Assembly (NCBI GenBank): GCA_964534795.1
Contig: CAZHQK010000128.1
Span: forward strand, 70,091 to 134,090
DNA from: an uncultured Acidobacteriota bacterium
Lineage (GTDB): Bacteria; Acidobacteriota; UBA6911
Direction of reading: 5' to 3'
Length of the DNA stretch: 64,000 bases
In this document: positions 19,953 through 32,214 of the stretch, piece by piece
How positions within the stretch are numbered: the stretch's first letter is position 1
Layout of the letters: every line of letters starts with the position of its first letter
Translations under genes and position numbers: made by a program
Notes under the pieces: generated by a model
Databases searched by the model: none
The model's input: the letters and a program-made list of their open reading frames with translations, nothing else
Told to the model about the DNA's origin: nothing

Positions 19953-22900
19953 ATGAACAGGTTCCGTCATGCCGCATATCCCGCGTTGTTCCTGTTTCTG
20001 TTCGCTGCAGGGATCGACCTGCACGCGGTCGACGTGAAAAACACGCGGCTGCTCGCCCAGCCCGCCGTGAGCCGCGACCACGTCGCGTTCGTCTACGACA
20101 ACGATCTCTGGATCGCCAACCTGGACGGCAGCGGGGTGCGCCGTCTGACGTCCGACGAAGGGGTGGAATCCAGCCCGGCCTTTTCGCCCGACGGCCGGCT
20201 GATCGCCTTCAGTGCGCAGTACGAGGGCAACACCGATGTCTACGTGGTGTCGGTCGAGGGCGGAGTGCCGCGCCGCCTGACCTGGCACCCGGGCCCGGAC
20301 GTCGTCCAGTGCTTCACGCCCGACGGCAAGGCCGTGCTCTTCACCTCGCCGCGCGCGGTCTTCACCACGCGCTACACCCAGCTCTTCACCGTGGCCGCCG
20401 ACGGCAGCGCGCCCGAGGAGGCGCTCAAGATTCCCAACGCCGACAAGGCCGTCTATTCGCCCGACGGCACGCGCATCGTCTACAACCCGCTTTCGCAGGC
20501 CTTCACCCAGTGGAAGAATTACCGCGGCGGTCGGGTTTCGACGCTCCACATCATCAGGCTGAGCGATTACGCCGTGGAAAAGATCCCGCAGCCGCCGACG
20601 CGCTGCAATGATACCGACCCCATGTGGATCGGCGACACCATCTACTTCCGCTCGGACCGCAACGGCGAGTTCAACATCTTCTCCTACGATCCCAAGAGCA
20701 AGGCCGTCCGGCAGCTGACCAACCTCTCGGACTTTCCGGTGATGGCGGCGTCGGCCGGGGGAGGGCGGATCATATACGAACAGGCCGGATACCTGCACAT
20801 CCTGGACCCGCGCTCGGGGCGCAGCAACCGGCTGACCATCGGCGTGGCCGCCGATCTGGTCGAGACCCGGCCGCGCTACGTGAAGGGCTTCCGATACATC
20901 CGCAATGCCGCGCTGTCGCCCACGGGCGCCCGGGCGGCGCTCGAGTTCCGCGGCGAGATCGTCACCGTGCCCGCGGAAAAGGGCGACCCGCGCAACCTGA
21001 CCGAGACGCCGGGCGCCCACGAGCGCTCGCCCGTCTGGTCGCGCGACGGCCGGCAGATCGCGTATTTCTCGGATGAATCCGGCGAATACCAGCTGTGCGT
21101 GCGCAGCCAGGACGGCAAGGGCGAGGTGCGCCGCTACCCGCTGCAGGGAGCGGGCTTCTATGAAGGCCCGGTCTGGTCCCCCGACGGCCAGAAGATCTCC
21201 TACATCGACAACTCGCGCACCCTTTACTGGATCGACCTCAAGAGCGGCGCCTGCAAGAAGATCGGCGCGGACTACCTCATGGGAGGGCGCCAGCCCATCC
21301 AGCACGCCTGGTCGCCCGATTCCAAGTGGCTCGCTTACACCCTGAACGGCAAGGTCTATATCCGCACCGTGTACGTCTACTCGCTCGAGCAGGACAAGTC
21401 CTTCGCCATCACCGACGGGTTGAGCGACGTGAGCGATCCGGTCTTCGACGCCGGCGGCAAGTACCTATACTTTTTCGGCTCCACCGACGCCGGCCCTGTG
21501 CGCCAGTGGTTCGACCTGTCGGGCGCCGACATGCGCATGACCTCGTCGCTCTACCTGGTCGTCCTGCGCAAGGACCTGCCGTCGCCGCTCGCCAAGGAGA
21601 GCGACGAAGAGAAAGGGACGCAGAAAGAGGAAAAGCCGAAGGAGCCGGCCGCTGCGCCCTTGGCCATCGATCTCGACGGCATTCAATTCCGCATCCTGAA
21701 CCTGCCGGTCCCCGCCGACCAGTACTCCAGCCTCCAGGTCGGCAGTGAAGGCCAGATCTACTATCTCAAGGCGCTGCCCGCGCCCCCCATGCCCGAAGGG
21801 CCTCCCGCGCCGGGAGCGGGCGGTCCCAGTATGGAGCTGCACCGCTACGATCTCGGCAAGCGCAAGGAGGACGTCCTGATCTCGGGCATACGCTCCTACC
21901 AGATCTCCGCCGACGGCAAGAAGATCCTCTACGTGCAGCGGGATGCCATGTTCATCGTGCCTGTCGCCGACAAGCTCCAGCCGGGCCAGGGGCGTCTGAA
22001 CATCGACGCCGTCGAGGTGCGCATCGACCCGCGCGCCGAATGGACCCAGATCTTCAACGAGGCCTGGCGCATCAACCGCGACTATTTCTATGCCACCAAC
22101 ATGCACGGGGCCGACTGGAACGCGATGAAGCAGAAGTACGCGGTCTTCCTGCCCGACCTGGCGGTGCGCAGCGACCTGAACCGCGTGATCCAGTGGATGT
22201 GCAGCGAGCTGGCCGTCGGCCACCACCGGGTGGGCGGCGGCGACACGCTGCGCGAGCCCAAGAACGTGCCCGGCGGACTGCTCGGGGCCGATTACACGAT
22301 CGAAAACGGGCGCTACCGCTTCAAGAAGATCTACGGCGGCCTGAACTGGAATCCGGGACTGCGCTCGCCCCTGACCGAACCCGGCGTCAATGTCCGCGAG
22401 GGTGAATACCTCCTAGCGGTTCAGGGGAAGGATCTGAGGCCGCCCACCAACCTGTACAGCATGTTTGAGAACACGGCCAACAAGCTCATCGAGATCACCG
22501 TCGGGCCGAACCCGGACGGATCCGGGGCGCGCACGGTGTCGGTGGTTCCGATCGCCAGCGAAGCGGCCCTGCGCAACCGCGACTGGGTGGAGGGGAACCT
22601 CCGGAAGGTCCACCAGGCGACCGGAGGGCGCGTCGCCTACGTCTACGTGCCCAACACCAGCACGCAGGGGCACGAGTATTTCAAGCGCTACTTCTATCCC
22701 CAGGCCGACAAGGAAGCCATCATCGTCGATGAGCGCTTCAACGGCGGCGGGCTGATCGCCGACTACTACATCGACCATCTGCGCAAGCCGGTGATCAGCT
22801 ACTGGAACATGCGCTACGGCGCCGATCTCAAGACGCCGAGCGCCTCGATCCAGGGCCCGAAGGTGATGATCATCGACGAGACCGCCGGCTCGGGCGGGGA

Positions 22901-23240
22901 TCTGCTGCCCTGGATGTTCCGCAAATTCCAGCTCGGCACGCTGGTGGGCAAGCGCACCTGGGGCGGGCTGGTGGGCACCCTGGGCTTCCCGGTCCTGATG
23001 GACGGCGGCACGGTCACCGCACCCAACCTCGCCATCTGGACCGAGGACGGCTGGGTGGTGGAAAACGAAGGCGTGCCGCCCGATATCGAGGTCGAGCAGA
23101 ATCCCGCGGACGTGATCGCGGGGCGCGATCCCCAGCTCGAGCGGGCCATCCAGATCGTGATGGAGCAGCTGAAGAAAAATCCGCCGCGGCAGCCGGCGCG
23201 CCCGCCCTATCCGGTACGGGTGAGACCGGCAAAGCCCTGA
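19953..23240 (+). CDS. tricorn protease homologue (S41-family, beta-propeller plus PDZ plus C-terminal catalytic domain)
   Basis: About 1095 aa. ATG at 19953 preceded by GGGAGGA. Signal peptide. WD/PD40-like repeats (…SPDGRLIAFS…, WSPDGQKISY, WSPDSKWLAY). C-terminal S41 region with …DERFNGGG… and …IIDETAGSGGDLL. The upstream 640 codons of the track ORF are read-through over the ABC gene. Confidence 0.8.
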   Translation: MNRFRHAAYPALFLFLFAAGIDLHAVDVKNTRLLAQPAVSRDHVAFVYDNDLWIANLDGSGVRRLTSDEGVESSPAFSPDGRLIAFSAQYEGNTDVYVVSVEGGVPRRLTWHPGPDVVQCFTPDGKAVLFTSPRAVFTTRYTQLFTVAADGSAPEEALKIPNADKAVYSPDGTRIVYNPLSQAFTQWKNYRGGRVSTLHIIRLSDYAVEKIPQPPTRCNDTDPMWIGDTIYFRSDRNGEFNIFSYDPKSKAVRQLTNLSDFPVMAASAGGGRIIYEQAGYLHILDPRSGRSNRLTIGVAADLVETRPRYVKGFRYIRNAALSPTGARAALEFRGEIVTVPAEKGDPRNLTETPGAHERSPVWSRDGRQIAYFSDESGEYQLCVRSQDGKGEVRRYPLQGAGFYEGPVWSPDGQKISYIDNSRTLYWIDLKSGACKKIGADYLMGGRQPIQHAWSPDSKWLAYTLNGKVYIRTVYVYSLEQDKSFAITDGLSDVSDPVFDAGGKYLYFFGSTDAGPVRQWFDLSGADMRMTSSLYLVVLRKDLPSPLAKESDEEKGTQKEEKPKEPAAAPLAIDLDGIQFRILNLPVPADQYSSLQVGSEGQIYYLKALPAPPMPEGPPAPGAGGPSMELHRYDLGKRKEDVLISGIRSYQISADGKKILYVQRDAMFIVPVADKLQPGQGRLNIDAVEVRIDPRAEWTQIFNEAWRINRDYFYATNMHGADWNAMKQKYAVFLPDLAVRSDLNRVIQWMCSELAVGHHRVGGGDTLREPKNVPGGLLGADYTIENGRYRFKKIYGGLNWNPGLRSPLTEPGVNVREGEYLLAVQGKDLRPPTNLYSMFENTANKLIEITVGPNPDGSGARTVSVVPIASEAALRNRDWVEGNLRKVHQATGGRVAYVYVPNTSTQGHEYFKRYFYPQADKEAIIVDERFNGGGLIADYYIDHLRKPVISYWNMRYGADLKTPSASIQGPKVMIIDETAGSGGDLLPWMFRKFQLGTLVGKRTWGGLVGTLGFPVLMDGGTVTAPNLAIWTEDGWVVENEGVPPDIEVEQNPADVIAGRDPQLERAIQIVMEQLKKNPPRQPARPPYPVRVRPAKP

Positions 23241-23297
23241 GCGGCGCTCGCCGGAGGCTCCGGGATCCTTCCGGAGCCTCCGCGGCCGGCCGGCGCG

Positions 23298-23699
23298 TCA
23301 GATTCGGATCGGAGAGCGCGGGGGCGAGAACACCGATGCCGTCTCGTCCGACAGAAGCACCCACAGCCCGTATATCCCGAGAGCGGTCCCGAGCGGCACA
23401 TTGACGAGGTGGAGCGCAGACAGAACGATGCCGAGGATCCGGGCCCACGGAGCGAGGCGCAGCAATCCGATGCCGGCGACGATCGACGGAACGGAGGTGA
23501 TCAGGAGCAGCAGGAAGATTGCGCCGCCGACCAGGCCGACGATGGGCGCGGCGATGGAAGCATCGGGATCGTGGCCCGCGGCGATGCCGATCACTCCCAG
23601 GATACCGCCGAAAACGAGCAGAACCACCAGGGCCGCAACGGCCCCGAAGGAACCCCAGACGAGGTTCAGGATGCCCAAAATCTGAATATGTTTCCGCAT
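23298..23699 (-). CDS. hypothetical small integral membrane protein
   Basis: MRKHIQILGILNLVWGSFGAV... followed by 4 predicted TM helices. No recognisable catalytic motif. Confidence 0.45.
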   Translation of the reverse strand: MRKHIQILGILNLVWGSFGAVAALVVLLVFGGILGVIGIAAGHDPDASIAAPIVGLVGGAIFLLLLITSVPSIVAGIGLLRLAPWARILGIVLSALHLVNVPLGTALGIYGLWVLLSDETASVFSPPRSPIRI

Positions 23700-23785
23700 C
23701 GCCCGCCTCCTGGAGATATACAACCCGGCCGCCCGCTTATTCGCGCGGCGTGCCGGAGGGCGGCGAAGCATCCGCAGCGCGCCGC

Positions 23786-24232
23786 TTATTCCGGAGTTTC
23801 CGGAGAGCGGGGAGCAAGGCCGAAATACGCCCGGTAGCGGTCCGGGAGGCGCGCCGAGCGCGCGTTGCGGTCCGTGACCACGTGCACGGTTTCGCCGGTC
23901 GCCAGCAGCTCCCCGGTTTCGCGGTTGCGGATTTCATACGCGAAGCGAATCACTTTTTCCGAAGCGTCCGCCACGGTGGTGCGGATGAGGATCTCGTCCT
24001 CGAAGCGCGCCGGCGCCTTGTAGCGGCAGGCGGCCTCCGCCACCATGAGCATGCGCCCGTCCTGCTCCTCCATGTCGCGGTAGCGGAATCCCCGGGCGCG
24101 ACACCACGCGGTCCTGCCGATTTCGAACCAGACCAGGTAATTGGCGTAGTAGACCACGCCCATCTGGTCCGTTTCCGCGTAACGGACGCGGATGACCTCG
24201 TCGACGAAGGGCTGCTCCGCGGCACTCTCCAT
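23786..24232 (-). CDS. acyl-CoA thioesterase, YbgC/4HBT hotdog family
   Basis: ...VRYAETDQMGVVYYANYLVWFEIGRTAW...: typical 4HBT active-site region (D-x-x-G-h-V-y-y-a-x-Y). GAGGGGAG RBS before the ATG. Confidence 0.75.
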   Translation of the reverse strand: MESAAEQPFVDEVIRVRYAETDQMGVVYYANYLVWFEIGRTAWCRARGFRYRDMEEQDGRMLMVAEAACRYKAPARFEDEILIRTTVADASEKVIRFAYEIRNRETGELLATGETVHVVTDRNARSARLPDRYRAYFGLAPRSPETPE

Positions 24233-24276
24233 GTCTTCGACTCCCCTCGCTCTCGCGATCGCAGAGCCTGCGCGCG

Positions 24277-26139
24277 TCACCGGACGACGACCGCAACGGA
24301 AACGTGGGACGGGAACTTCGCCGAGCGGTAGATCCGCTGGGTCGCCCTGCGATAGTCCTCGGCACGCGCCTCGAAGATATTGGGCACGAAGGTCTGCGGG
24401 TTGCGGTCGATGAGCGGGAACCAGGTGCTCTGCACCTGGACCATGATGCGGTGCCCGCTGCGGAAGCGGTAGTTCTGCGTGTGCAGATCGATCGTGTACG
24501 GCAGCACCTTGTCGGGCGGAATGCGCTCGGGGCGCTCGAAACTCCTGCGGTAGCGGCCGCGGAAAACCTCGTTGGCCACCATCAGCTGGTATCCCGCCAG
24601 TTTCCAATCCTGGGGATAGCGCTCAGGATAGACGTCGATCAGCTTGACGATCCAGTCGCTGTCGCTTCCGCTGGTGGAAGCAAAAAGGTGCGCCGTGATG
24701 CGGCCCGCGATGGCGACGTCCTCCGCCAGCGGATCGCTCTCCCAGCTGAGCACGTCCGGCCGGTCGTCGACGAAGCGCTGGTCTTCGACGAGCCAGACGG
24801 GCCAGCCCGAGCCTCCGGGAAAGTAGGTGGCCTGGATCGGCCGCTGGCGATACGGCACCGGGTGCGCCGGATCGGAGACGTACTCGTCGAAGGCCGCCCG
24901 GCCCGAGTCGGCCGGCGGCTCGAACGACAGCTTTCCGCCCTCGCGGAAGTAGAGATTGCGCGCGACGGTTCCGGAGCGCGGCGGCCACGAATCCCACGAG
25001 CGCCATTCGTTGGCCCCGGCCTCGAACGTGCGGGCCTCGGGCTGGTCGGGTTTCCCCCGATCCTTGAGCAGGAAGGCGAACCAGGGAGCCTGTATCTGTT
25101 CCCGGAAGTACTTGGCCGTGGGGCTCCCGAAGTCGATGGCCCCGAGCCTGCGGCCCTCCGGCGAATTCCAGCCGCCGTGATTCCACGGGCCCACGACGAG
25201 GAAGTTCTGCCCCCGGGCGTCATGCTGCTCGAGAGCCTCGTAGATGCGCATCGGGCCGAAAAAGTCCTCCTGGTCCCACCAGCCGGCGACATTGAGCGTG
25301 GGGACGCGGACGCTCGTCAGGTGGGGTATCAGGGTCTGGCGCTTCCAGAATTCGTCGTAGTCGGGGTGCGCGACGAAGTCGTTCCACGTCGGTATGGTCC
25401 CGTGAAAATACCGGGCGTTGACGTTCGCCAGCGGCCCGAGCGCCAGGTACCACTCGTAGGTGTCGTAGCGGTCGAACTCGAAGTTCGCCTGCTCCTTCGA
25501 GGTCTCCATGCGCGCGGCGTACTCGAAGCCGTAACTGAGGCGGAAGGCCCCGTTGTGATGGAAATCGTCTCCCAGCCACATGTCCGCGGGCGAGGCCTGC
25601 GGCGAGGCGGCTCGGAGCGCCGGGTGCGGCTCGATCAGGGCCATGGCCGTCAGCCAGCCGCCGTACGAGACGCCCAGCATCCCGACGCGGCCGTTGTGGT
25701 TCGCGACGTTCTTGAGCAGCCACTCGATCGTATCGTAGGTGTCCGTGCCCTCGTCGATTGCGCGCGGATCGCTGCGGTCGCGCGCGGGCCGCTGCATGAC
25801 GAATGTCCCCTCGGAACCGTAGCGCCCGCGGATGTCCTGGAAGGCGAAGATGTAGCCGTCGTCGGCCATCTCCTTGTAGGCGCCCGCGAGCGTGCGCGCC
25901 GACCGGGCGATGCCGTAAGGCGTGCGTGCGAGGATGATGGGCAGGGCCTGCGTGCTCTCCTTGGGCGTGAAGATCAGCGTATGCAGGCGGACGCCGTCGC
26001 GCATCGGGATCATGACTTCTTTGGAGTCGTATGCGGCAGCGGCGTCCGTCGCCTGCGGGCGCACGCTCGACGCCGCAAGCATCAATGCCGCAAACACGGC
26101 AGCTATCCGAAAACAGCGTCTCGTATCGACAGCGGGCAT
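24277..26139 (-). CDS. CocE/NonD family hydrolase (X-Pro dipeptidyl-peptidase S15-like), secreted
   Basis: Signal peptide. ...PYGIARSA...GYIFAFQDIRGRYGSEG...MLGVSYGGWL (nucleophile elbow GxSYG), plus a C-terminal beta-sandwich region. GAGGAGG RBS before the ATG at 26139. Confidence 0.8.
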   Translation of the reverse strand: MPAVDTRRCFRIAAVFAALMLAASSVRPQATDAAAAYDSKEVMIPMRDGVRLHTLIFTPKESTQALPIILARTPYGIARSARTLAGAYKEMADDGYIFAFQDIRGRYGSEGTFVMQRPARDRSDPRAIDEGTDTYDTIEWLLKNVANHNGRVGMLGVSYGGWLTAMALIEPHPALRAASPQASPADMWLGDDFHHNGAFRLSYGFEYAARMETSKEQANFEFDRYDTYEWYLALGPLANVNARYFHGTIPTWNDFVAHPDYDEFWKRQTLIPHLTSVRVPTLNVAGWWDQEDFFGPMRIYEALEQHDARGQNFLVVGPWNHGGWNSPEGRRLGAIDFGSPTAKYFREQIQAPWFAFLLKDRGKPDQPEARTFEAGANEWRSWDSWPPRSGTVARNLYFREGGKLSFEPPADSGRAAFDEYVSDPAHPVPYRQRPIQATYFPGGSGWPVWLVEDQRFVDDRPDVLSWESDPLAEDVAIAGRITAHLFASTSGSDSDWIVKLIDVYPERYPQDWKLAGYQLMVANEVFRGRYRRSFERPERIPPDKVLPYTIDLHTQNYRFRSGHRIMVQVQSTWFPLIDRNPQTFVPNIFEARAEDYRRATQRIYRSAKFPSHVSVAVVVR

Positions 26140-26265
26140 GGCGAACCTCCTCGCTCCGGCGGCGGTGCGGGCCGGCAGGCGCATCCGGAAAACGGCAACA
26201 GTCTACAGAATTCGCGCGCTTTTGTGGATAGTCAAGGTTGTCCGACCGGCGGGCGGGAGCAGCGT

Positions 26266-26601
26266 CTATTCTTCGCCGTCGCGCTGCTTGAGCTGCAGGA
26301 GATGTTCCGGCTTGAACTGGCGCTTGGACCAGCGGTATCCGGAATCGAACTCGACGCCGACAAAATAGCCTGCCGGCTGCTGTTCGCAATAGCGCACGCG
26401 CCCGTGGTAGCGCCCGCTGGGGTACAGCAGGGAGACCGGGGTTTCAGGGGCGAGCGCTTCTTCCAGCATGACGCAGGCACCGCCGGGCGAGATGTCCTCG
26501 AGGACGGCCGGGAGCTTGCGCTTCCGCCCGGCGCCGTCCCTGAAGACGACGTGGACAAGCTGGGCGCACTCGATGCGTTCTTCGCGTCTCCCGTGCTTCA
26601 C
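26266..26601 (-). CDS. PilZ domain protein (c-di-GMP binding)
   Basis: 111 aa from a GTG start with AGGTG RBS. RREER...(x20)...DISPGGACV matches the PilZ RxxxR and D/NxSxxG motifs. Confidence 0.6.
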   Translation of the reverse strand: MKHGRREERIECAQLVHVVFRDGAGRKRKLPAVLEDISPGGACVMLEEALAPETPVSLLYPSGRYHGRVRYCEQQPAGYFVGVEFDSGYRWSKRQFKPEHLLQLKQRDGEE

Positions 26602-26660
26602 ACCTGGTTTATCGGCAGCTTCGCGCGACAGGTTTAACAGCGCCTCCCGAAGCGGGTTCC

Positions 26661-27467
26661 TCACGACTGCGGCATTTTTGTGTAGTCCAGTTCGGAACCC
26701 AGCAGGCTGTGCGGGATCAGGTAGACCGCCATCAGGACGATCGCGGCCGCCAGAGGCCAGCCGACATTTTCCGGGCGCTTCCGCAGGCGCCACAGAGCCA
26801 GGATCCACATGAGCGCCGCCGCCAGCGTCTTGTTGTCCGTCAGGTCCTTCCCGAAAGGCCAGCCTGTCCAGAGGGCGCCGAAGGCCAGCTTCTGCACGAT
26901 CGGTCCCAGAATCAAGCCGCCCGCGCAGAGGGTGATCACCGTCCACAGAGCCAGCCGGTCGAGGGCCGGACCGCGCGCGAGCGCTTCCAGCCCGCAGCGG
27001 GTGGAAAACAGCATGGCGACGAACATCAGGATCACATGGGGCAGGAGGATGAACAGCGGGACTTCGCCTTTGTAACGCATGACGACCGGCTCGCGCGTCA
27101 GCGGCACCGGGTCGGCGCCGGCCTCGAGGAATATCTGGTACATGATCTTGCCCGCGGGCGGCTGGTGCGGGATCCGCGCGATGAGCAAGTCGCCGCGGCG
27201 CTCCAGGGGTTCCCGGCGCCACTCGTCATGGCTCGGCGTGCGCCGCATCCTGACGTAGCCGCCGACGGAACGGTCGGGAAGCGCCAGGGCGATTTCGGCA
27301 TCGCGCGCGCCTTCCTGGCTGCGGGGCAGCCGGTACTTGACTTCGAATCCCGCGACGACCGTGCTGCCGCGCACCGGCCAGGTGGGGCCGGTCATGCGCT
27401 GATAGAGGGCCGCGGCCGCGACCAGGGTGAATGCCAGAACCCAGAGGAGCTTCGATCGATGTTTCAT
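26661..27467 (-). CDS. hypothetical membrane protein (N-terminal TM, about 110-aa periplasmic segment, 4 C-terminal TM helices)
   Basis: Start at MKHRSKLLWVLAF...; hydrophobicity pattern only. Immediately upstream of, and co-directional with, the PilZ gene. Confidence 0.5.
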   Translation of the reverse strand: MKHRSKLLWVLAFTLVAAAALYQRMTGPTWPVRGSTVVAGFEVKYRLPRSQEGARDAEIALALPDRSVGGYVRMRRTPSHDEWRREPLERRGDLLIARIPHQPPAGKIMYQIFLEAGADPVPLTREPVVMRYKGEVPLFILLPHVILMFVAMLFSTRCGLEALARGPALDRLALWTVITLCAGGLILGPIVQKLAFGALWTGWPFGKDLTDNKTLAAALMWILALWRLRKRPENVGWPLAAAIVLMAVYLIPHSLLGSELDYTKMPQS

Positions 27468-27523
27468 CCCTGCACCCACTTTCATGCATGTTATTCTTAT
27501 CTGTCCGGGGAAGGAATGCAACT

Positions 27524-27880
27524 GTGCACGAGCTGTCCATCGCGCAGAGCATCGTCGACATCGTCCGGCAGCACGCACCCGACGGCGTTCCGGTGCGCGC
27601 GGTCAGGGTGGCGGTCGGCCGCATGTCCGGCGTGGTTCCGGAATCCCTGGAGTTCTGCTTCAGCGCCGTCGTGGGCGATACAATGCTCGAAGGCGCGCGG
27701 CTCGAAATCGACCGGATTCCGGTGCGGGCGGACTGCGCGCAGTGCGGCAATGTTTTCGTGGTGGAGGAGGCGGCCTTCGCCTGCCCGGCATGCGGCGGCT
27801 CCGACCTGAAACTGATATCGGGCACGGAGCTGCAGGTGATCGAGATCGAAGTCGCCGAAGGCGCGCACGAGGGCTTATGA
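27524..27880 (+). CDS. hypA: hydrogenase nickel incorporation protein HypA
   Basis: (V)HELSIAQSIVDIV... N-terminus with the MHE motif, and C-terminal CxxC...CxxC zinc site (CAQCG...CPACG). GTG start with GGGGAAGGA RBS. Confidence 0.85.
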   Translation: MHELSIAQSIVDIVRQHAPDGVPVRAVRVAVGRMSGVVPESLEFCFSAVVGDTMLEGARLEIDRIPVRADCAQCGNVFVVEEAAFACPACGGSDLKLISGTELQVIEIEVAEGAHEGL

Positions 27881-28529
27881 GCATCATCACCATCCAACGC
27901 AAGGTATTGGAAAAGAACGACGAAATCGCCCGGCGCAACCGGGAGATCTTCCGCCGCCACCGCCTGCGGGTGCTCAACGTCGTCAGCTCGCCCGGGGCCG
28001 GCAAGACGAGCCTGCTCGAGCGCACCCTGGAATTCCTGGGCGGGAGCCTGAAAGTCGCGGTGATCGAAGGGGACGTGCAGACGGACTTCGACGCCCGGCG
28101 CGTGGCCCGCTACGGCGTGCCGGTGGTGCAGATCGTCACCAACGGCGGATGCCACCTGGAGGCCAAGCTCGTGCAGGACGCCCTGGAGAACCTGCAGCTG
28201 GACAACCTGGATCTGCTGATTATCGAAAACGTCGGCAATCTCGTGTGCCCGGCCGGATACGATCTCGGTGAAGACATGAAAGTGGTCGTGGCGAGCGTTA
28301 CCGAGGGGGAAGACAAGCCCCTGAAATATCCGGCGATGTTCCGCAATGCGGCCGTGCTTCTCATCAACAAGATCGACCTGCTGCCGCATCTCGATTTCGA
28401 TCTCGCCGCGCTGCGGCGCCACGCGCTTCAGATCAATCCCGGGCTCCGGGTATTCGAAACCTCCTGCCGGACGGGGGCCGGCATAGCCGAGTGGTGTGCG
28501 TGGCTGAAGAACCCGGGGGCCGGCACGCC

Positions 28530-28533
<4 letters not shown>
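27877..28533 (+). CDS. hypB: hydrogenase maturation GTPase HypB
   Basis: ...VLNVVSSPGAGKTSLLE (P-loop) ...ENVGNLVCP...NKIDL: the G1-G4 motifs of HypB. ATGA overlap with hypA. Lacks an N-terminal His-rich/CxxCGC extension. Confidence 0.9.
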
Positions 28534-30827
<2,294 letters not shown>

Positions 30828-30835
30828 GGCAACCC

Positions 30836-31102
30836 ATGTGTCTGGCGGTACCGGGAAAGATTCTCAGCATCGAAGGGACGGACGACCTGCTGCGCAGCGC
30901 GCGGGTGGACTTCGGCGGCGTGGTCAAGCAGGTCAACCTCGCCTACGTGCCCGAGGCCAGGGTCGGGGATTACGTCCTCGTCCATGTCGGCTTCGCCATC
31001 AGCACCATCGACGAAGCGGAAGCGCGGGAGGTCTTCGAATATCTGCGGCGCATCGATGAGCTGGCGGCGCAGGAACCGGGAGGGGCGGCTTGCGATTCGT
31101 GA
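30836..31102 (+). CDS. hypC: hydrogenase assembly chaperone HypC
   Basis: N-terminal MCLAVPGKI (conserved Cys2), about 88 aa. Confidence 0.85.
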   Translation: MCLAVPGKILSIEGTDDLLRSARVDFGGVVKQVNLAYVPEARVGDYVLVHVGFAISTIDEAEAREVFEYLRRIDELAAQEPGGAACDS

Positions 31103-32205
31103 ACGAGTATCGCGGCCCGGAGGCGGCGGCGCGCTTCGCCCGCGCCCTCGAGCAGGCCGTCACGCGGCCGTGGACCATCATGGAGATCTGCGGCGGGCAG
31201 ACGCACGCGATCATCAAGTTCGGCATCGACCAGCTGCTGCCCGACCGGATCACGCTCGTGCACGGACCCGGCTGCCCGGTGTGCGTGACGCCGGTCGAGC
31301 TGATCGAAAAAGCGATCGCCGTCGCGCGGCTTCCGAGGGTGGTCCTGTGCTCCTTCGGCGACATGCTGCGCGTCCCGGGGCGCTCCGGCGACCTGCTGGC
31401 GGCCAAGGCTGCGGGCGCCGACGTGCGCGTCGTCTACTCCCCCCTGGATGCCCTGGCGCTCGCGCGCGCCCATCCCGACCGCGAGATCGTCTTCTTCGCC
31501 GTCGGCTTCGAGACCACGGCTCCGGCCACGGCCCTGGCCGTGCACCAGGCCGCGCGCGAGGGATTGAAGAACTTTTCGCTTCTGGTCGCCCATGTTCTGG
31601 TGCCGCCGGCCATCGAGGCCATCCTGTCGTCGGAGGCCGTGCGCGTGCAGGCGTTTCTCGCGGCCGGGCATGTCTGCACCGTCACGGGCTGGGAAGAGTA
31701 CGTGCCCATCGCGCGCAAGTATCGCGTACCGATCGTCGTGACCGGATTCGAGCCGCTGGACATCCTGCAGGGGATCCATATGGCGGTGCTGCAGCTCGAA
31801 GCGGGCCGGGCGGAGGTCGAAAATCAGTACAGCCGAGCCGTCAGGCGTGAGGGCAATGCCGCGGCTCGAAGATTGATCGGCGAAGTTTTCGAGGTGGTGC
31901 CGCGCAAGTGGCGCGGTGTCGGGGAGATCCCGGACAGCGGCCTGGGCCTGCGCGACAATTACGCCGCGTACGATGCGGAAAGACGCTTCGCCCTCGAAGC
32001 ACATTCCTGCGACGAATCCCCGGAGTGCATCAGCGGGCTGGTGCTGCAGGGCGTGAAGAAACCGCCGGAGTGCCCGGCTTTCGCCGTCGCGTGCACCCCC
32101 GAACACCCGCTGGGCGCGACCATGGTTTCATCGGAAGGGGCGTGCGCGGCATACTACCGCTACCGCAGGGCCGCGGCGGAACTCCCGGGCGGCCGCAGGC
32201 ATTAG
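31090..32205 (+). CDS. hypD: hydrogenase maturation factor HypD
   Basis: (M)[10 protein letters not shown]... N-terminus like E. coli Hyp[19 protein letters not shown] and C-terminal CxxH...CPxC motifs. TTG start overlapping hypC. Confidence 0.9.
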   Translation: MRFVNEYRGPEAAARFARALEQAVTRPWTIMEICGGQTHAIIKFGIDQLLPDRITLVHGPGCPVCVTPVELIEKAIAVARLPRVVLCSFGDMLRVPGRSGDLLAAKAAGADVRVVYSPLDALALARAHPDREIVFFAVGFETTAPATALAVHQAAREGLKNFSLLVAHVLVPPAIEAILSSEAVRVQAFLAAGHVCTVTGWEEYVPIARKYRVPIVVTGFEPLDILQGIHMAVLQLEAGRAEVENQYSRAVRREGNAAARRLIGEVFEVVPRKWRGVGEIPDSGLGLRDNYAAYDAERRFALEAHSCDESPECISGLVLQGVKKPPECPAFAVACTPEHPLGATMVSSEGACAAYYRYRRAAAELPGGRRH

Positions 32206-32214
32206 AGGCATCCC

